Below are positions 61,884 to 64,000 of a stretch of 64,000 nucleotides of DNA, one piece after another. Numbering within the stretch: the stretch's first letter is position 1; the number at the start of each line of letters is the position of its first letter. The notes below the pieces were generated by a model. That model made no database searches. It worked only from the letters and a program-made list of their open reading frames with translations, and was not told where the DNA came from. The stretch is from the NCBI GenBank assembly GCA_964016885.1, contig OZ024740.1:40238001-40302000 (forward strand), given 5' to 3'. The stretch comes from Eledone cirrhosa (Eukaryota). A program made the translations under genes and the position numbers.

Positions 61884-62175
61884 AGCATATAAACAATATG
61901 CCCCCCCCCCCCCCACCGCAAGGTGGCCGTGGAGGTGCCACGGCAAAAAAGCACCCAGCCCACACTGTAAAGTGGACGTGTAGGCGCCACGAAAAAGCAC
62001 CCAGCACTCACTGTAAATGAGGTTGGTGTTAGGAAGGGCATCCAGCTGTAGAAATCAAGCCAGATCAGTTCCTGTATGAGCAAGGCATGGTCAGCCGACC
62101 AGACACTGCCCACAACAGGACAACCCGTCTAACCCATGCTAGCGTGGAAGAACGGACGTAAAACGGTGATGATGA
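61884..62175 (+). other. 3' UTR and (TGA)3 tail of element B
   Basis: C14 at 61901-61914, a 49-bp-period duplication (gccacg..aaaaagcacccagc..cactgtaaa at 61937 and 61986), conserved core at ~62020-62054, stem-loop at 62126-62158, tail at 62167-62175. Confidence 0.85.
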
Positions 62176-63713
62176 ATGATATATACCTAGACAATGTAGA
62201 ACACTCACCAATAATACACAGACCATCACCATCACTAGCACAATGATATATACCTAGACAATGTAGAACACTCACCAATAATACAGACCATCACCATCAC
62301 TAATACAATGTAGAACATTCACCAATACACAGACCATCACCATCAGTAGTACAATGATATATACCTAGACAACGTAGAACACTCAACAATAATACACAGA
62401 CCATCACCATCACTAGCACAATGATATATACCTAGACAATGTAGAACACTCAACAATAATACACACACCATCACCATCACTAGTACAATGATATATACCT
62501 AGACAATGTAAAACATTCTCCAATAATACACAGACCATCACCATCACTACCACAATGATATATACCTAGACAATGTAGAACACTCACCAATAATACACAG
62601 ACCATCACCATCACTAGCACAATGATATATACCTAGACAATGTAGAACATTCTCCAATAATACACAGACCATCACCATCACTAGCACAATGATATATACC
62701 TAGACAATGTAGAACATTCTCCAATAATACAGACCATCACCATCAGTACCACAATGATATATACCTAGACAATGTAGAACATTCTCCCATAATACACAGA
62801 CCATCACCATCACTAGCACAATGATATATACCTAGACAATGTAGAACATTCTCCAATAATACACAGACCATCACCATCACTAGCACAATGATATATACCT
62901 AGACAATGTAGAACATTCTACAATAATACGCAGACCATCACCATCACTAGTACAATGATATATACCTAGACAATGTAGAACATTCTCCAATAATACACAG
63001 ACCATCACCATCACTAGCACAATGATATATACCTAGACAATGTAGAACATTCTCCAATAATACACAGACCATCACCATCACTAGCACAATGATATATACC
63101 TAGACAATGTAGAACATTCTCCAATAATACACAGACCATCACCATCACTAGTACAATGATATATACCTAGACAATGTAGAAGACTCACCAATAATACACA
63201 GACCATCACCATCACTATTACAATGATATATACCTAGACAATGTAGAACATTCTCCAATAATACACAGACCATCACCATCACTAGCACAATGATATATAC
63301 CTAGACAATGTAGAACATTCTCCAATAATACACAGACCATCACCATCACTAGTACAATGATATATACCTAGACAATGTAGAACATTCTCCAATAATACAC
63401 AGACCATCACCATCACTAGCACAATGATATATACCTAGACAATGTAGAACATTCTCCAATAATACACAGACCATCACCATCACTAGTACAATGATATATA
63501 CCTAGACAATGTAGAACATTCTCCAATAATACACAGACCATCACCATCACTAGTACAATGATATATACCTAGACAATGTAGAACATTCTCCAATAATACA
63601 CAGACCATCACCATCACTAGCACAATGATATATACCTAGACAATGTAGAACATTCTCCAATAATACACAGACCATCACCATCACTAGCACAATGATATAT
63701 ACCTAGACAATGT
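62175..63713. repeat. 67-bp satellite, terminal block (~23 monomers)
   Basis: Resumes at aatgatatatacc right after the tail and ends at ...ctagacaatgt (63713). Confidence 0.98.
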
Positions 63714-63771
63714 GGGAGAACACAGAAACCATCACTACCATAGTGATATATGCTTAGACAATGTTGGAACA
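63714..63771. repeat. Decayed satellite monomer at the array boundary
   Basis: accatcactaccatagtgatatatgcttagacaatgttggaaca aligns by eye to accatcactaccacaatgatatatacctagacaatgtagaaca with several substitutions. Confidence 0.75.
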
Positions 63772-64000
63772 ACATGTGTAATATTGGCAGAATGACCCTC
63801 CCAAAGTATAACGTGTAATATTGGCAATATGACCCTCCCCAAGTATATCATGTAATATTGGCAGAATGACCCTCCCAAAGTATAACATGTGTAATATTGG
63901 CAATATGACCCTCCCCAAGTATATCATGTAATATTGGCAGTATGACCCTCCCAAAGTATAACATGTGTAATAGTGGCAATATGACCCTCGCAAAGTATAA
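63771..64000. repeat. Second tandem repeat: 37/39-bp minisatellite with alternating A/B units (76-bp dimer), open at right edge
   Basis: Units tgtaatattggca..atgaccctccc.aagtata.. start at 63777, 63814, 63851, 63890, 63927 and 63966 (lengths 37, 37, 39, 37, 39). Confidence 0.93.

Larger units (their letters stand above)
58674..62175 (+). mobile_element. RTE-clade non-LTR retrotransposon, element B (near full length, one internal deletion)
   Basis: 122-bp leader, APE N-terminus (LRVGTINVGSM, DVCCVQETRW, GGVGILL), rest of APE, RT with YADD at 60921-60932, 3' UTR, and tail tgatgatga at 62167-62175. Satellite on both sides. Confidence 0.95.

Noticed and set aside
59204-62113. Minus-strand ORFs overlapping element B (63-209 aa)
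   Set aside because: Antisense shadows of the RT ORF and 3' UTR with no independent motifs.
52672-62175. Single composite element with terminal inverted repeats, or twin-priming inversion
   Set aside because: The two arms are clearly diverged in sequence and each has its own tail and junctions. The satellite between them keeps the orientation and phase of the flanks.
63754-63993. 79-aa minus-strand ORF
   Set aside because: Translation of the 37/39-bp minisatellite.

Overview
Eukaryotic (animal) repeat DNA with no host genes. About 57 kb of the window is one head-to-tail 67-bp satellite (consensus CATCACCATCACTAG[C/T]ACAATGATATATACCTAGACAATGTAGAACA[TTCT/CTCA]CCAATAATACACAGAC, roughly 850 monomers). 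It has nested higher-order repeats, about 3 kb in the left part, and more length-variant monomers towards the right. Near its right edge the array is interrupted by two related but distinct RTE-clade non-LTR retrotransposons in opposite, head-to-head orientation. Element A (52672-55730, minus strand) is 5'-truncated. Element B (58674-62175, plus strand) is near full length with one frameshifting deletion in the endonuclease. Both encode APE endonuclease + RT with a Cys4-His-Cys3 (PHD-like) finger right after the RT core, end in (TGA)n tails, lack a normal target-site duplication, and sit at the same position (ACA|ATG) of the monomer. The array ends at about 63713 and gives way, via one decayed monomer, to an unrelated 37/39-bp alternating minisatellite. 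The best candidate for an undescribed system is a satellite-associated, PHD-finger RTE lineage with a preferred site in this monomer, but that rests on two insertions. From memory the elements resemble mollusc/cephalopod RTEs; that host guess is unverified. All counts and alignments were done by eye.
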